IMG/VR virus record: IMGVR_UViG_3300022654_000009
DNA: 21,218 bases
DNA from: a virus
Reading direction: 5' to 3' (one strand)
Shown here one piece after another: positions 8,440-16,799 of the stretch. Both the position numbers and the translations under genes were made by a program. The notes beneath the pieces were generated by a model that ran no database searches, had not been told where the DNA came from, and worked only from the letters and a program-made list of their open reading frames with translations. Each line of letters starts with the position of its first letter. The first letter of the stretch is position 1.

Positions 8440-8780
8440 TTGATTACCATAAAACACTTGTTGCCGCCCTTAAAAATATATTGCCTACACACTATGAAAT
8501 GACACTACACAGCGGATTAGAAACGCCCTGTATCAGCTATTTGGAAAGAAACAACTATTCAACAGATGTTGGTGATACACTGGGCTACAGCCGCTTACAG
8601 TATCAAATCAAAGTTTGGGGTAATGATTTAGCGGTAATACAGAATTACGCACAGCAAATTGACGCTGTTTTACGCCCTCTTGGTTGGAAACGTACCAGTA
8701 GCGGCGAACTATACGATAATAACAGCACAATGATACAAAAGATAATGACTTATGAAGCATTAGCACAGGAGGTATATTAA
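8436..8780 (+). CDS. Tail completion / tail terminator protein
   Basis: 114 aa. ATGA overlap. Lies between the gp10-like and major tail genes. Confidence 0.55.
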   Translation: MIDYHKTLVAALKNILPTHYEMTLHSGLETPCISYLERNNYSTDVGDTLGYSRLQYQIKVWGNDLAVIQNYAQQIDAVLRPLGWKRTSSGELYDNNSTMIQKIMTYEALAQEVY

Positions 8781-8782
8781 CT

Positions 8783-9157
8783 ATGGCAGGAGTATTAAGC
8801 AAGGGTATTAAACTTATGAATGGTGAAACCGAACTTACTAACCTAATGGAAATTCCAGAGTTAGGCGGCGAAAGTGAAGCTATTGAAATTACTGTTTTAA
8901 GTGATGCCGCACATATGTATATGAATGGTATCTTAAACTATGGTGATAGCTTAACCTTTAAATTCCTTTATGAAGAAGCACAGTTTGCTACTTTACAGGC
9001 GTTAGAGGGTTCTCAACAGTGGAAGGTTGTATTACCAGATGAAACCACTTGTAGTTTCAGCGGTACTTCTTCAGTTAAACTTGATGGTGTGGGCGTTAAT
9101 GCCGCACTTACTTATTCTTTAGCTATTAAGCCTGATAGTGAAATGATTTGGGCTTAA
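8783..9157 (+). CDS. Major tail (tube) protein
   Basis: 124 aa. AGGAGG SD. Position immediately before the chaperone pair and tape measure. Confidence 0.7.
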   Translation: MAGVLSKGIKLMNGETELTNLMEIPELGGESEAIEITVLSDAAHMYMNGILNYGDSLTFKFLYEEAQFATLQALEGSQQWKVVLPDETTCSFSGTSSVKLDGVGVNAALTYSLAIKPDSEMIWA

Positions 9158-9242
9158 TATAACCCATTAATGGGAGGGGAAAAGGGTTTTATATCCTCTT
9201 TTCCCTTTTCCCCTATACTTACTAAAAAGAGAGGTTTTATAT

Positions 9243-9572
9243 ATGTTATACTATGATTTCAACGCAGGCGGCAAGCAGTATAAACTTCGCTTGTCAATTC
9301 GTAACACTGTAGCATTAGAAAAGCAGTTAGGTATTAACCCACTTTCCATTTTTGGAAATGGTGATACACTGCCGACTATTACACAGATGGTATATATTCT
9401 ACACGCTTCATTACAACAGTATAATCACAATGTATCTATCAATGATGCTTTTGAAATCTTTGAAAACTGGTTAGAGGACGGACACACAGTTACAGACTTT
9501 ATACCAATTATCATTGAGATTTATAAAGTATCAGGTATTATACAAAAAGATGATGAAGCAGAAAAAAACTAA
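9243..9572 (+). CDS. Tail assembly chaperone (gpG-like)
   Basis: 109 aa, upstream of the tape measure. Ends with the slippery A AAA AAC followed by TAA. Confidence 0.75.
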   Translation: MLYYDFNAGGKQYKLRLSIRNTVALEKQLGINPLSIFGNGDTLPTITQMVYILHASLQQYNHNVSINDAFEIFENWLEDGHTVTDFIPIIIEIYKVSGIIQKDDEAEKN

Positions 9573-9988
9573 TAGATGGTGTAAGTGATAATACAGCACT
9601 TACACCATTTTTGTTTGAAAACTATGCCTATAAATGGCTTGAATGTGCTTTAGATTATGGTATTGCTGAATGTGATTATTGGAATATGACACTTGCGGAA
9701 GCTATACGGCAGATAGAAAGCAAGAAACGCCAACAGAAAGCACAGGCACAAGAGAAAGCAAGTTATGATTATATACTTGCTGATTTGGTTGGGCGTAGTG
9801 TTTCACGCATTTATTCACAATCTGCTGAAATGCCACAAATAGCAGATGTTTACCCACTCTTGTTTGATAAACAGGAAGTAGAACAGCAGCGGCAACAAAA
9901 GCAGAATGAATTATCTGTATTACGCTTTAAACAGTTTGCGAACACCTTTAATAAACGATTTGGGGAGGTGAAACAAGCGAATGAATGA
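9243..9988 (+). CDS. Tail assembly chaperone fusion (gpGT-like) via -1 frameshift; join(9243..9569,9569..9988), about 248 aa
   Basis: ORF 9611..9988 is in the -1 frame relative to 9243..9572. The -1 frame is open from 9563 onward (KKLIDGVSDNTALTPFLFENY..). Confidence 0.7.
9563..9569 (+). promoter_or_regulatory. Programmed -1 ribosomal frameshift heptamer A_AAA_AAC
   Basis: X_XXY_YYZ heptamer in the correct phase, immediately followed by the 0-frame stop at 9570..9572. Confidence 0.7.
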
Positions 9989-12080
9989 AGAATTAAAAGT
10001 TATAATTTCTGCTGAAATAGATAAGTTAAAAACACAGATAGCAAACGCAAAGCAGCAAATTCAATCTTTTAGCAGTGACGCAGAAAAACAGGCAGACAGG
10101 GTTAACAAATCCTTTGAAAAGATGGGAGAAGGAATTAAAACAGCTATGAAAGTAGCTGCTACTTCTGTAGGTGCTGTTATTACTGCTATTGCTGGAATTA
10201 CTACCGCTTCAGTTAACGCCTTTGCCGAATACCAACAGTTAACAGGCGGTGTAGAAAAGCTGTTTGGTGATAGTGCCAACATAGTCAAAGCATATGCCGA
10301 TGAAGCATATAAAAATGCTGGTATTAATGCTAATGACTATATGACACAGATAACATCATTTAGTGCTTCTTTGATTTCTTCACTTGATGGTGATACACGA
10401 AAAGCCGCTGAAGTTGGCAATATGGCGGTTAATGATATGGCTGATAATGCTAATGTATTTGGTACTAATATACAGGATATACAACACGCTTATCAGGGTT
10501 TCGCCAAACAGAATTATACAATGCTTGATAACCTTAAATTGGGCTTTGGCGGCACAAAGGAAGAAATGGAAAGATTGTTAGCTGAAGCAACAAAGCTAAC
10601 AGGTGTTAAATACGATATTACAAACTTAAGTGATGTATATAACGCAATCCACGCTATTCAACAGGAAATGGGCATTACAGGAACTACAGCAGCAGAAGCA
10701 GAAAAAACTATATCAGGTTCTATTTCTATGCTTAAAGGCTCTTGGACGAACTTAATGATAGGTTTGGCAAGAGATGAAGCAAATATACCTGTATTGGTTG
10801 GAAATGTGGTAAAGTCTGCCGCAACTGTGCTTGAAAACATCATACCAGTAATTAAGCAAGTAATAGCTAATATACCTGTAGCATTAAGCGAAATCAGCCC
10901 ACAAGCAGGACAGGCAGCACAGCTTATTATTAATGCTATCAGCGGTGCTTTCAATTTGCTTGTACCTGTAGTAGAAAAGGTTATTAGTGTAATTTCCACT
11001 GTATTTGAATGGATGACAAAGCATCAGGGTGTTGTAATTGCTTTAGGTTCTGCTATTGGTGTTGTTGTAACTGCTATTACAGCTTATAACACAGTACAGG
11101 CTATTAAAACCGCACTTGATATAAAGGGTGCTGTGTCTGTTGGTACATTAACAGCAGCGGTTATATCACATACTGTAGCTATGGCGGCAGCAGCAGCCCC
11201 TTATATTGCTGTAACAGCAGCTATTGCGGCAATCATTGCTATTATCGTTGTATGTGTAAAGCATTGGGACACTATCAAAGAAACTGTAAGCAAGGTAGCA
11301 GGAAAGATTAAAGAAACAGTTAGTAATATGGTTGATGGTGTTGTTGGTTTCTTCGGTAAAATGAAAGATGGAATTAGTAACACTATGGAGAAAGTCAAAG
11401 GTGCTGCTGAAAAGGGTTTCAACGCTGTTAAAGAAGCCGCAAATAAGGCTATGACAGCCGCAAAAGAAACAGTTGATGAGAAGTTAACCAATATTAAAAA
11501 CGCCTATGAAAGTCACGGAGGCGGTATTAAAGGTATAGCAGCGGCAGCAATGGAAGGTGTTAAGAGTGTCTACACTTCTGGTTTTACCTTCATTGATAAA
11601 CTAACAGGTGGAAAGCTAACAGGTATATTAGACAAATTTAAGTCAATCTTTGAAAGTATCAAAAATGTAGTGAAATCGGGATTAGATAAGATTAAGGGCT
11701 TCTTTAGTGGTTTGAAGATTGAACTACCAAAGATTAAACTACCACACTTTTCAATTAGTGGTAAATTCTCTTTATCCCCCTTATCAGTACCAAAGCTATC
11801 AGTACAGTGGTATCAAAAGGGTGGTATCTTTGATAGTCCTACTATGTTTGGTTATGGTAATGGCTCTATTGGTGGATTGGGTGAAAATGGGGCTGAAGCA
11901 GTTGTACCATTAGAGAAAAACACACAATGGCTTGATAAGATTGCTGATAGACTTGCCGCAAAGCAAGGAAATACACCAATAGTATTAACTGTTGATGGTA
12001 AAGTATTCGCACAAACCACAATCAATAGTATTAATAGCCTAACACGCCAACAGGGTTATTTAGGTATCAATTTAGCATAA
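9981..12080 (+). CDS. Tape measure protein
   Basis: 699 aa and the longest helical ORF. Central hydrophobic segments (VVIALGSAIGVVVTAITAY; AAAAAPYIAVTAAIAAIIAIIVVCV). Follows the G/GT pair. GGGGAGGTG SD. Confidence 0.9.
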   Translation: MNEELKVIISAEIDKLKTQIANAKQQIQSFSSDAEKQADRVNKSFEKMGEGIKTAMKVAATSVGAVITAIAGITTASVNAFAEYQQLTGGVEKLFGDSANIVKAYADEAYKNAGINANDYMTQITSFSASLISSLDGDTRKAAEVGNMAVNDMADNANVFGTNIQDIQHAYQGFAKQNYTMLDNLKLGFGGTKEEMERLLAEATKLTGVKYDITNLSDVYNAIHAIQQEMGITGTTAAEAEKTISGSISMLKGSWTNLMIGLARDEANIPVLVGNVVKSAATVLENIIPVIKQVIANIPVALSEISPQAGQAAQLIINAISGAFNLLVPVVEKVISVISTVFEWMTKHQGVVIALGSAIGVVVTAITAYNTVQAIKTALDIKGAVSVGTLTAAVISHTVAMAAAAAPYIAVTAAIAAIIAIIVVCVKHWDTIKETVSKVAGKIKETVSNMVDGVVGFFGKMKDGISNTMEKVKGAAEKGFNAVKEAANKAMTAAKETVDEKLTNIKNAYESHGGGIKGIAAAAMEGVKSVYTSGFTFIDKLTGGKLTGILDKFKSIFESIKNVVKSGLDKIKGFFSGLKIELPKIKLPHFSISGKFSLSPLSVPKLSVQWYQKGGIFDSPTMFGYGNGSIGGLGENGAEAVVPLEKNTQWLDKIADRLAAKQGNTPIVLTVDGKVFAQTTINSINSLTRQQGYLGINLA

Positions 12081-12093
12081 GGGGGTGTAATGG

Positions 12094-12444
12094 TTGGCTT
12101 ACTTAATGATTAATAACACAGATTATTCTAACAAAGTAAATGAATTAAAAGTAGAAGTGAAACACAATTACAATTCACAAACTAATGCCGCTGGTGATAG
12201 TGTTATTGACTACATCAACAGCAAAAGAGTAATTGAAGTTGGTTTTATCCCAATGACAGACGCAAATATGAAAGCATTGCTTTCAACAGCAACATTTCAA
12301 TCAACTATTACATTTCTAAACCCTCTTACAAACCAGATGGAAACTATAAACTGTATTGTGCCTGATACAAGCGTTGAATACTACACTATACAAGTAGGCA
12401 ATGTATTGTATAAGGCATTTAGTTTAGATTTCATTGAATTATAA
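12094..12444 (+). CDS. Small tail protein in the distal-tail (Dit) position
   Basis: 116 aa. TTG start 7-8 nt after GGGGGTG. Call is by position only. Confidence 0.5.
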   Translation: MAYLMINNTDYSNKVNELKVEVKHNYNSQTNAAGDSVIDYINSKRVIEVGFIPMTDANMKALLSTATFQSTITFLNPLTNQMETINCIVPDTSVEYYTIQVGNVLYKAFSLDFIEL

Positions 12445-12458
12445 GGGGGTAAGATGTA

Positions 12459-14054
12459 ATGATTGATAATGCTAAAATGCTATCAATGCTAACATCCCCT
12501 GTAAGACAGGTAAAAGCAAAGGTTGAACTTTATGATGGTTCAACCTTGCTTAATACCTTTTCCTATGATGATAGATTGATTGCTTTTGATGTTGAAAGAA
12601 CAGGTGAAGGTAAGTTTTTCGGGTTTGGCATTTGTCAACGCCTTAATGTAAAGCTGATTGACACCAATAGAGAATTAAATATTAAAACCGCTAACACCTT
12701 TGAAATATACTTTGGTGATGAAAGCGATTATATAAAGACTTTACCCTGTTTCAAGGTAACAGAGGTTAACAGGGATGAAGAAACAAACGAATTAAGCATT
12801 ACTGCTTATGATTATCTATATCAGGCTTCAACGCACTACACAAGCGAAATTGAAATAACAGATTATAGTATACAAGAGTATGCCACAGCAGCAGCCGCTG
12901 TATTAGGGCTAAATTTGGCTTTAGAGGGCTTTTTAGATAGCTCTTGCTTTGATACTACTTATTCACCTGTAGCCAATTTAGAGGGCACAGAAACGATTAG
13001 AGAGGTATTAAACGCCATTGCTGAAGCTACACAAAGCATTTACTATATCAATGCTAATAGCACTCTTGTTTTTAAGCGAATGGGTACAGATACAGGCTGT
13101 GCTATTGATAAAAGCCAGTATTTCACCCTCAAAAGTGGCGATAATCGCAGACTTCAAACCATCTGCCACGCTACAGAACTTGGTGATAATTTAGCTGCTT
13201 CTATAACCGAAATCGGCAGCACACAGTATATCAGGAATAACCCATTTTGGGAATTAAGGGATGATGTAGCAACATTAGTTGATAATGCCCTTGCTGCTGT
13301 TGGTGGGTTTACTATTAACCAATTTGAATGTGAATGGAGAGGTAATTACTTAATTGAATTAGGTGATAAGCTGCTTATTACAACAAAAGATGATAATGTA
13401 GTTACTTCTTACTTACTGGATGATAGGATAACTTACAACGGAACTTACAGCCAAAACACACAATGGAGTTATACAGAAAACGATACTGAAACAGAAAGCA
13501 ATAGCACTTCTATCGGTGCTATGATGAAACAAACCTACGCCAAAGTAGATAAGGTTAATAAGCAAATTGATATGGTGGTTAGTGACACAGCACAAAACAC
13601 CAATGATATTAGTAGCTTAATGTTAAACACTGAAAGCATAACAGCTACAGTGAAATCAATAGAAAACAATGTAAATAGCACTTTGGATAGTGTCAATACT
13701 GATATTGATGAATTAACTAAACAGGTTGCCGCAACAGTAACCAGTGAAACAGTGAAGATTGAAGTTAAAAACGCTATCGCTAATGGTACTACCAGAGTTG
13801 AAACCAATACTGGTTTTACTCTTGATGATACTGGGCTAACTGTTGAAAAGTCTGGTAGTGAAATGAAAACACAAATTACAGAAGATGGTATGATTGTCTA
13901 TAAGAATGATGAAGCTGTATTAACTGCTAATAATGTTGGTGTAGAAGCTGTAAACCTTCACGCCACTACTTACTTAATTATTGGTAAAAACAGCAGATTT
14001 GAAGATTATGATTATAGCCGTACTGGTTGCTTCTGGATAGGCGAGGTGACTTAA
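12459..14054 (+). CDS. Tail tip / tail-associated (Tal-position) structural protein with C-terminal coiled coil
   Basis: 531 aa. AAGGGGG SD. The C-terminal third is heptad-like (NDISSLMLNTESITATVKSIENNVNSTLDSVNTDIDELTKQV). Confidence 0.6.
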   Translation: MIDNAKMLSMLTSPVRQVKAKVELYDGSTLLNTFSYDDRLIAFDVERTGEGKFFGFGICQRLNVKLIDTNRELNIKTANTFEIYFGDESDYIKTLPCFKVTEVNRDEETNELSITAYDYLYQASTHYTSEIEITDYSIQEYATAAAAVLGLNLALEGFLDSSCFDTTYSPVANLEGTETIREVLNAIAEATQSIYYINANSTLVFKRMGTDTGCAIDKSQYFTLKSGDNRRLQTICHATELGDNLAASITEIGSTQYIRNNPFWELRDDVATLVDNALAAVGGFTINQFECEWRGNYLIELGDKLLITTKDDNVVTSYLLDDRITYNGTYSQNTQWSYTENDTETESNSTSIGAMMKQTYAKVDKVNKQIDMVVSDTAQNTNDISSLMLNTESITATVKSIENNVNSTLDSVNTDIDELTKQVAATVTSETVKIEVKNAIANGTTRVETNTGFTLDDTGLTVEKSGSEMKTQITEDGMIVYKNDEAVLTANNVGVEAVNLHATTYLIIGKNSRFEDYDYSRTGCFWIGEVT

Positions 14055-14056
14055 AT

Positions 14057-16108
14057 ATGGCTTCAAGCGGATATATACAAAAGGCTGTAACAAGTTGGGA
14101 CACAGTTAGATTAAGTTGGAGTATTACAGAACAAAGCCAAACTGAAAACAAGAGTACAATTAACTGGGTTTTACAACTAATTGCGGGTTCATCTGGTTAT
14201 ATTTCCAGTAGTGCCAGTAAAGATTATAAAGTTACAATCAATGGCACATCATACACAGGTACTTGTAAGATTGGTATATCTAACAATACTACTAAAACAC
14301 TTGCCAGTGGTTCAACAGTAATAGCACATAATGCTGATGGTACTAAATCCTTTTCTTATTCATTCTATCAGGAAATTGATATTACATTCAGCGGCACAAA
14401 GATTAGTAGCGTATCACAAAGCGGTACAGGCGTTTTAGATTTAATACCACAAAAGGCTAATATAACAGCCGCTAATAACTTCACAGATGAAGATAAGCCA
14501 ACTATCACTTATACTAACACTGCTGGTGAAAGTGTAGATAGTTTACAAGCCTGTATTTCTGTAGATGGTGAAACGCCTTTAATTGAATATCGTGATATAG
14601 GTATGTTAGATACTACTTATACTTTTGAATTTACAAGTGCTGAAAAGGTAGCATTACAGGCGGCAACACCTAACAGTAATACAATTACTGTATACTTCAT
14701 TATCAAAACTGAAATACAAGGTACACCATATTATTCAAAAATGGCAAAGGTTTTAACCATTGCCAACAGTAAACCAGCAGTATTCCCTATAGTATATGAT
14801 ACTAATGAAAGCGTTATTGCTTTGACAGGTAATAAGAATGTGTTACTTGTAGGGCATAGTAACGCTTATTTTAGTATTGGGGCAGCGGCAAACAAGCAAG
14901 CAACAATAGCAAGCCAAAAAGTAACAAATACAGGTGTATCATTTGAAACCGCTACTGGTACTTTTGAAAAAGTTGGTAGTGGTGTCTTTGTATTTGATGC
15001 TGTAGACAGTAGAGGAAACGCCACACAATACACCTTAACTAAAGATACTGTTGGATATATTAAGTTAACTTGTGACTTGAAAGCATTTGCCCCTACACCT
15101 GATGGTGCTATGGAATTTGAGATAAGCGGCAACTATTTCAATTCTTCTTTTGGTGCTGTTGATAATACACTTGCTGTTTACTATCGCTACAAGACAAATA
15201 GCGGTGAATACTGCGATTGGATTACATTACAGCCAACAGTAACAAATAATAGGTATACTACATCTGTTGTAATGACAGGTTTAGATTATCAAAACACCTA
15301 TACAATTCAAGCAAAAGCAGTAGATGTATTAAACACTGTAAATAGCGTTGAAAAGGCAGTTAAAACACGCCCTGTATTTGATTGGGGTAGAGATGATTTT
15401 AAATTCAATGTGCCTGTTGAGTTTACAGAAGATATTATAATTGATAAGCCCTTGAATGTAGAAGTAGACACTACATTAAATGGTACTGTTGCTATCAATG
15501 GTGAAGCAACATTTGACACAGCAGCAACATTCAATGGTGAAGCATCTTTTGCTGATTTAACTGTATTCAATTATGAAACTACATATAATGGTGAAGCTGT
15601 GTATAATGGTAATGTTACCTATACACAGCCGCTTGATTTAGATGTAAATGTAGACTTCAATAAAGAAGTAACTATAAAAGATGTTTCATTAAAAGAATAC
15701 ATAGTAGATTTGCTTTATCCAGTAGGCAGCATATACATTAGTGTAAATAGCGTTAACCCTTCTACACTCTTTGGTGGTAGCTGGACGCAAATAGAAGATA
15801 AATTCATACTTGCCGCTGGTTCTACTTACACAGGCGGCAGTGAAGGCGGTAAAGCGTCTTATGCGTTATCAGTAGCACATAAGCACACATCACCATTAAG
15901 CTATAATTCTACTGCTGTTGGTGGTGTAAACATTAATGGTACTGTTTCTTCTGGTAGCGGAAAAGCATTTAGAACAGCTAAACACGATTATACAGGTACA
16001 CTTTCAAGCAATGTAACAGCATATTATACAGGTAATGCTACTGTTGCCGCAACTATCCCAACTATACCACCTTATTTAGCTGTGTATGTGTGGGAAAGAA
16101 CAGCATAA
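14057..16108 (+). CDS. Receptor-binding / tail fibre protein (DUF859-like N-terminal domain, collar-like C-terminal domain)
   Basis: 683 aa from the ATG at 14057 (GAGGTGA SD). N-terminus has WDTVRLSW..NKSTINWVLQL..INGTSYTG..LASGSTVIAHNADGTKSFSY. NGEA repeats near aa 490-520. C-terminal LLYPVGSIYISVNSVNPSTLFGGSWTQIEDKFILAAG. Confidence 0.7.
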   Translation: MASSGYIQKAVTSWDTVRLSWSITEQSQTENKSTINWVLQLIAGSSGYISSSASKDYKVTINGTSYTGTCKIGISNNTTKTLASGSTVIAHNADGTKSFSYSFYQEIDITFSGTKISSVSQSGTGVLDLIPQKANITAANNFTDEDKPTITYTNTAGESVDSLQACISVDGETPLIEYRDIGMLDTTYTFEFTSAEKVALQAATPNSNTITVYFIIKTEIQGTPYYSKMAKVLTIANSKPAVFPIVYDTNESVIALTGNKNVLLVGHSNAYFSIGAAANKQATIASQKVTNTGVSFETATGTFEKVGSGVFVFDAVDSRGNATQYTLTKDTVGYIKLTCDLKAFAPTPDGAMEFEISGNYFNSSFGAVDNTLAVYYRYKTNSGEYCDWITLQPTVTNNRYTTSVVMTGLDYQNTYTIQAKAVDVLNTVNSVEKAVKTRPVFDWGRDDFKFNVPVEFTEDIIIDKPLNVEVDTTLNGTVAINGEATFDTAATFNGEASFADLTVFNYETTYNGEAVYNGNVTYTQPLDLDVNVDFNKEVTIKDVSLKEYIVDLLYPVGSIYISVNSVNPSTLFGGSWTQIEDKFILAAGSTYTGGSEGGKASYALSVAHKHTSPLSYNSTAVGGVNINGTVSSGSGKAFRTAKHDYTGTLSSNVTAYYTGNATVAATIPTIPPYLAVYVWERTA

Positions 16109-16129
16109 CAAACAATGGAGGGAATAACA

Positions 16130-16435
16130 ATGGATATATCAATAATTATGGAATTGATTACTACACTTGGCTTTCCTATTGCTTGTGTTGTGGCAATGGG
16201 TGCTTTTATCTTCTACATTTACAAACAAACCACAGCGGCAAATGCTGAAAATATGGAAAAGGTACAAGCAAGATGTAAAGAAAGAGAAGATAAGTTATAT
16301 GAAGAAATCAAAGAAAACAGGGCAGTAAACGCTAAAGCTATTGAAACTATAGCACATTACGCTGAAAAACTTGAAACCATCCAACAGGATGTAAGAGAAA
16401 TAAAGAATGATATAACAGTGATAATGTCAAAGTAA
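16130..16435 (+). CDS. bhlA: BhlA/UviB-family holin-like protein
   Basis: 101 aa from the ATG at 16130 (GGAGGG 7 nt upstream). One N-terminal TM (LGFPIACVVAMGAFIFYIY) followed by KEREDKLYEEI, resembling the SPbeta BhlA KERESKLYNQI core. Confidence 0.7.
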   Translation: MDISIIMELITTLGFPIACVVAMGAFIFYIYKQTTAANAENMEKVQARCKEREDKLYEEIKENRAVNAKAIETIAHYAEKLETIQQDVREIKNDITVIMSK

Positions 16436-16451
16436 TTACTTGAAAAACCTA

Positions 16452-16480
16452 TTGACAAACCTTTAGAAGTCGTTTATAAT
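16452..16480 (+). promoter_or_regulatory. Perfect consensus sigma-A promoter TTGACA-17-TATAAT
   Basis: TTGACA at 16452..16457, exactly 17 nt spacer, TATAAT at 16475..16480. It points into the tRNA-like/attP segment. Confidence 0.65.
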
Positions 16481-16563
16481 AACCCTTGAAGATAGGAATA
16501 ATCAAAACGCCTAATCAAAGTGTCAAGTGGCAAAATAATCAGGGGTAAATCCCCTATTTACAG

Positions 16564-16639
16564 GCGGTTTCAGTGATTGGTTAATTCCCCCTGACTCTTA
16601 ATCAGGGTGTCCAGGGTTCGAGCCCCTGAAGGTGTACCA
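16564..16639 (+). tRNA. tRNA-Lys(CUU)-like segment; only the 3' two-thirds (about 16589..16639) folds canonically, so this is the probable attP core rather than a functional tRNA
   Basis: Anticodon arm CCTGA-CTCTTAA-TCAGG, variable loop GTGTC, T-arm CAGGG-TTCGAGC-CCCTG, then AAGGTGT-A-CCA. The 5' part gives a poor acceptor (3 G-U pairs and 1 mismatch), a poor D stem, and lacks U8/A14. Confidence 0.55.
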
Positions 16640-16646
16640 AATCGTG

Positions 16647-16679
16647 AAACCCCCTGTGCCACAGGGGGTTTTACTTTTG
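16647..16679 (+). terminator. Rho-independent terminator after the tRNA-like segment
   Basis: AAACCCCCTGT-gcc-ACAGGGGGTTT followed by T and CTTTTG. Confidence 0.7.
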
Positions 16680-16692
16680 CTTAACAAAAAAC

Positions 16693-16735
16693 TTGACACC
16701 CTGATTGTTTTGGATTATAATTCAATCAGGGTGTC
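16693..16735 (+). promoter_or_regulatory. Perfect consensus promoter for int, bracketed by a 13-bp perfect inverted repeat (operator-like)
   Basis: TTGACA 16693..16698, 17 nt spacer, TATAAT 16716..16721. GACACCCTGATTG (16695..16707) is the inverted repeat of CAATCAGGGTGTC (16723..16735). Confidence 0.65.
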
Positions 16736-16799
16736 TATTTTAGTACCTTTGATTATGATTTTTGATTTCCTACATAGCAAAGAAAGGGGTTTGAAATCT

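Noticed and set aside
9163-9213. A 12-bp perfect palindrome CCCATTAATGGG and a GGGGAAAAGGG/CCCTTTTCCCC hairpin after the major tail gene, considered as a cos site or a terminator.
   Set aside because: There is no T-run after the hairpin, and there is no reason to place a packaging site in the middle of the tail module. It is probably only a weak attenuator or mRNA-stability hairpin, which is too uncertain to annotate.
15480-15610. The NGEA-type short repeats in the receptor-binding gene as a DGR variable region.
   Set aside because: There is no reverse transcriptase gene and no template-repeat copy elsewhere in the 21-kb circle. The repeats are protein-level structural repeats.
16564-16639. 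A complete functional phage-encoded tRNA-Lys.
   Set aside because: The length (76 nt) and the 3' two-thirds are perfect. However, the acceptor stem would have three G-U pairs and one G-G mismatch, the D stem has a T-C mismatch, and positions 8 and 14 are C and T instead of U and A. It is better explained as an attP copy of a host tRNA 3' segment, and tRNAscan-SE or Infernal should confirm this.
16632-16799. N-terminal 56-aa extension of the integrase ORF as given in the track (start 16632).
   Set aside because: The extension would start inside the tRNA-like segment and run through a terminator and a consensus promoter. The ATG at 16800 has an AAAGGGG SD and yields a normal-length integrase.
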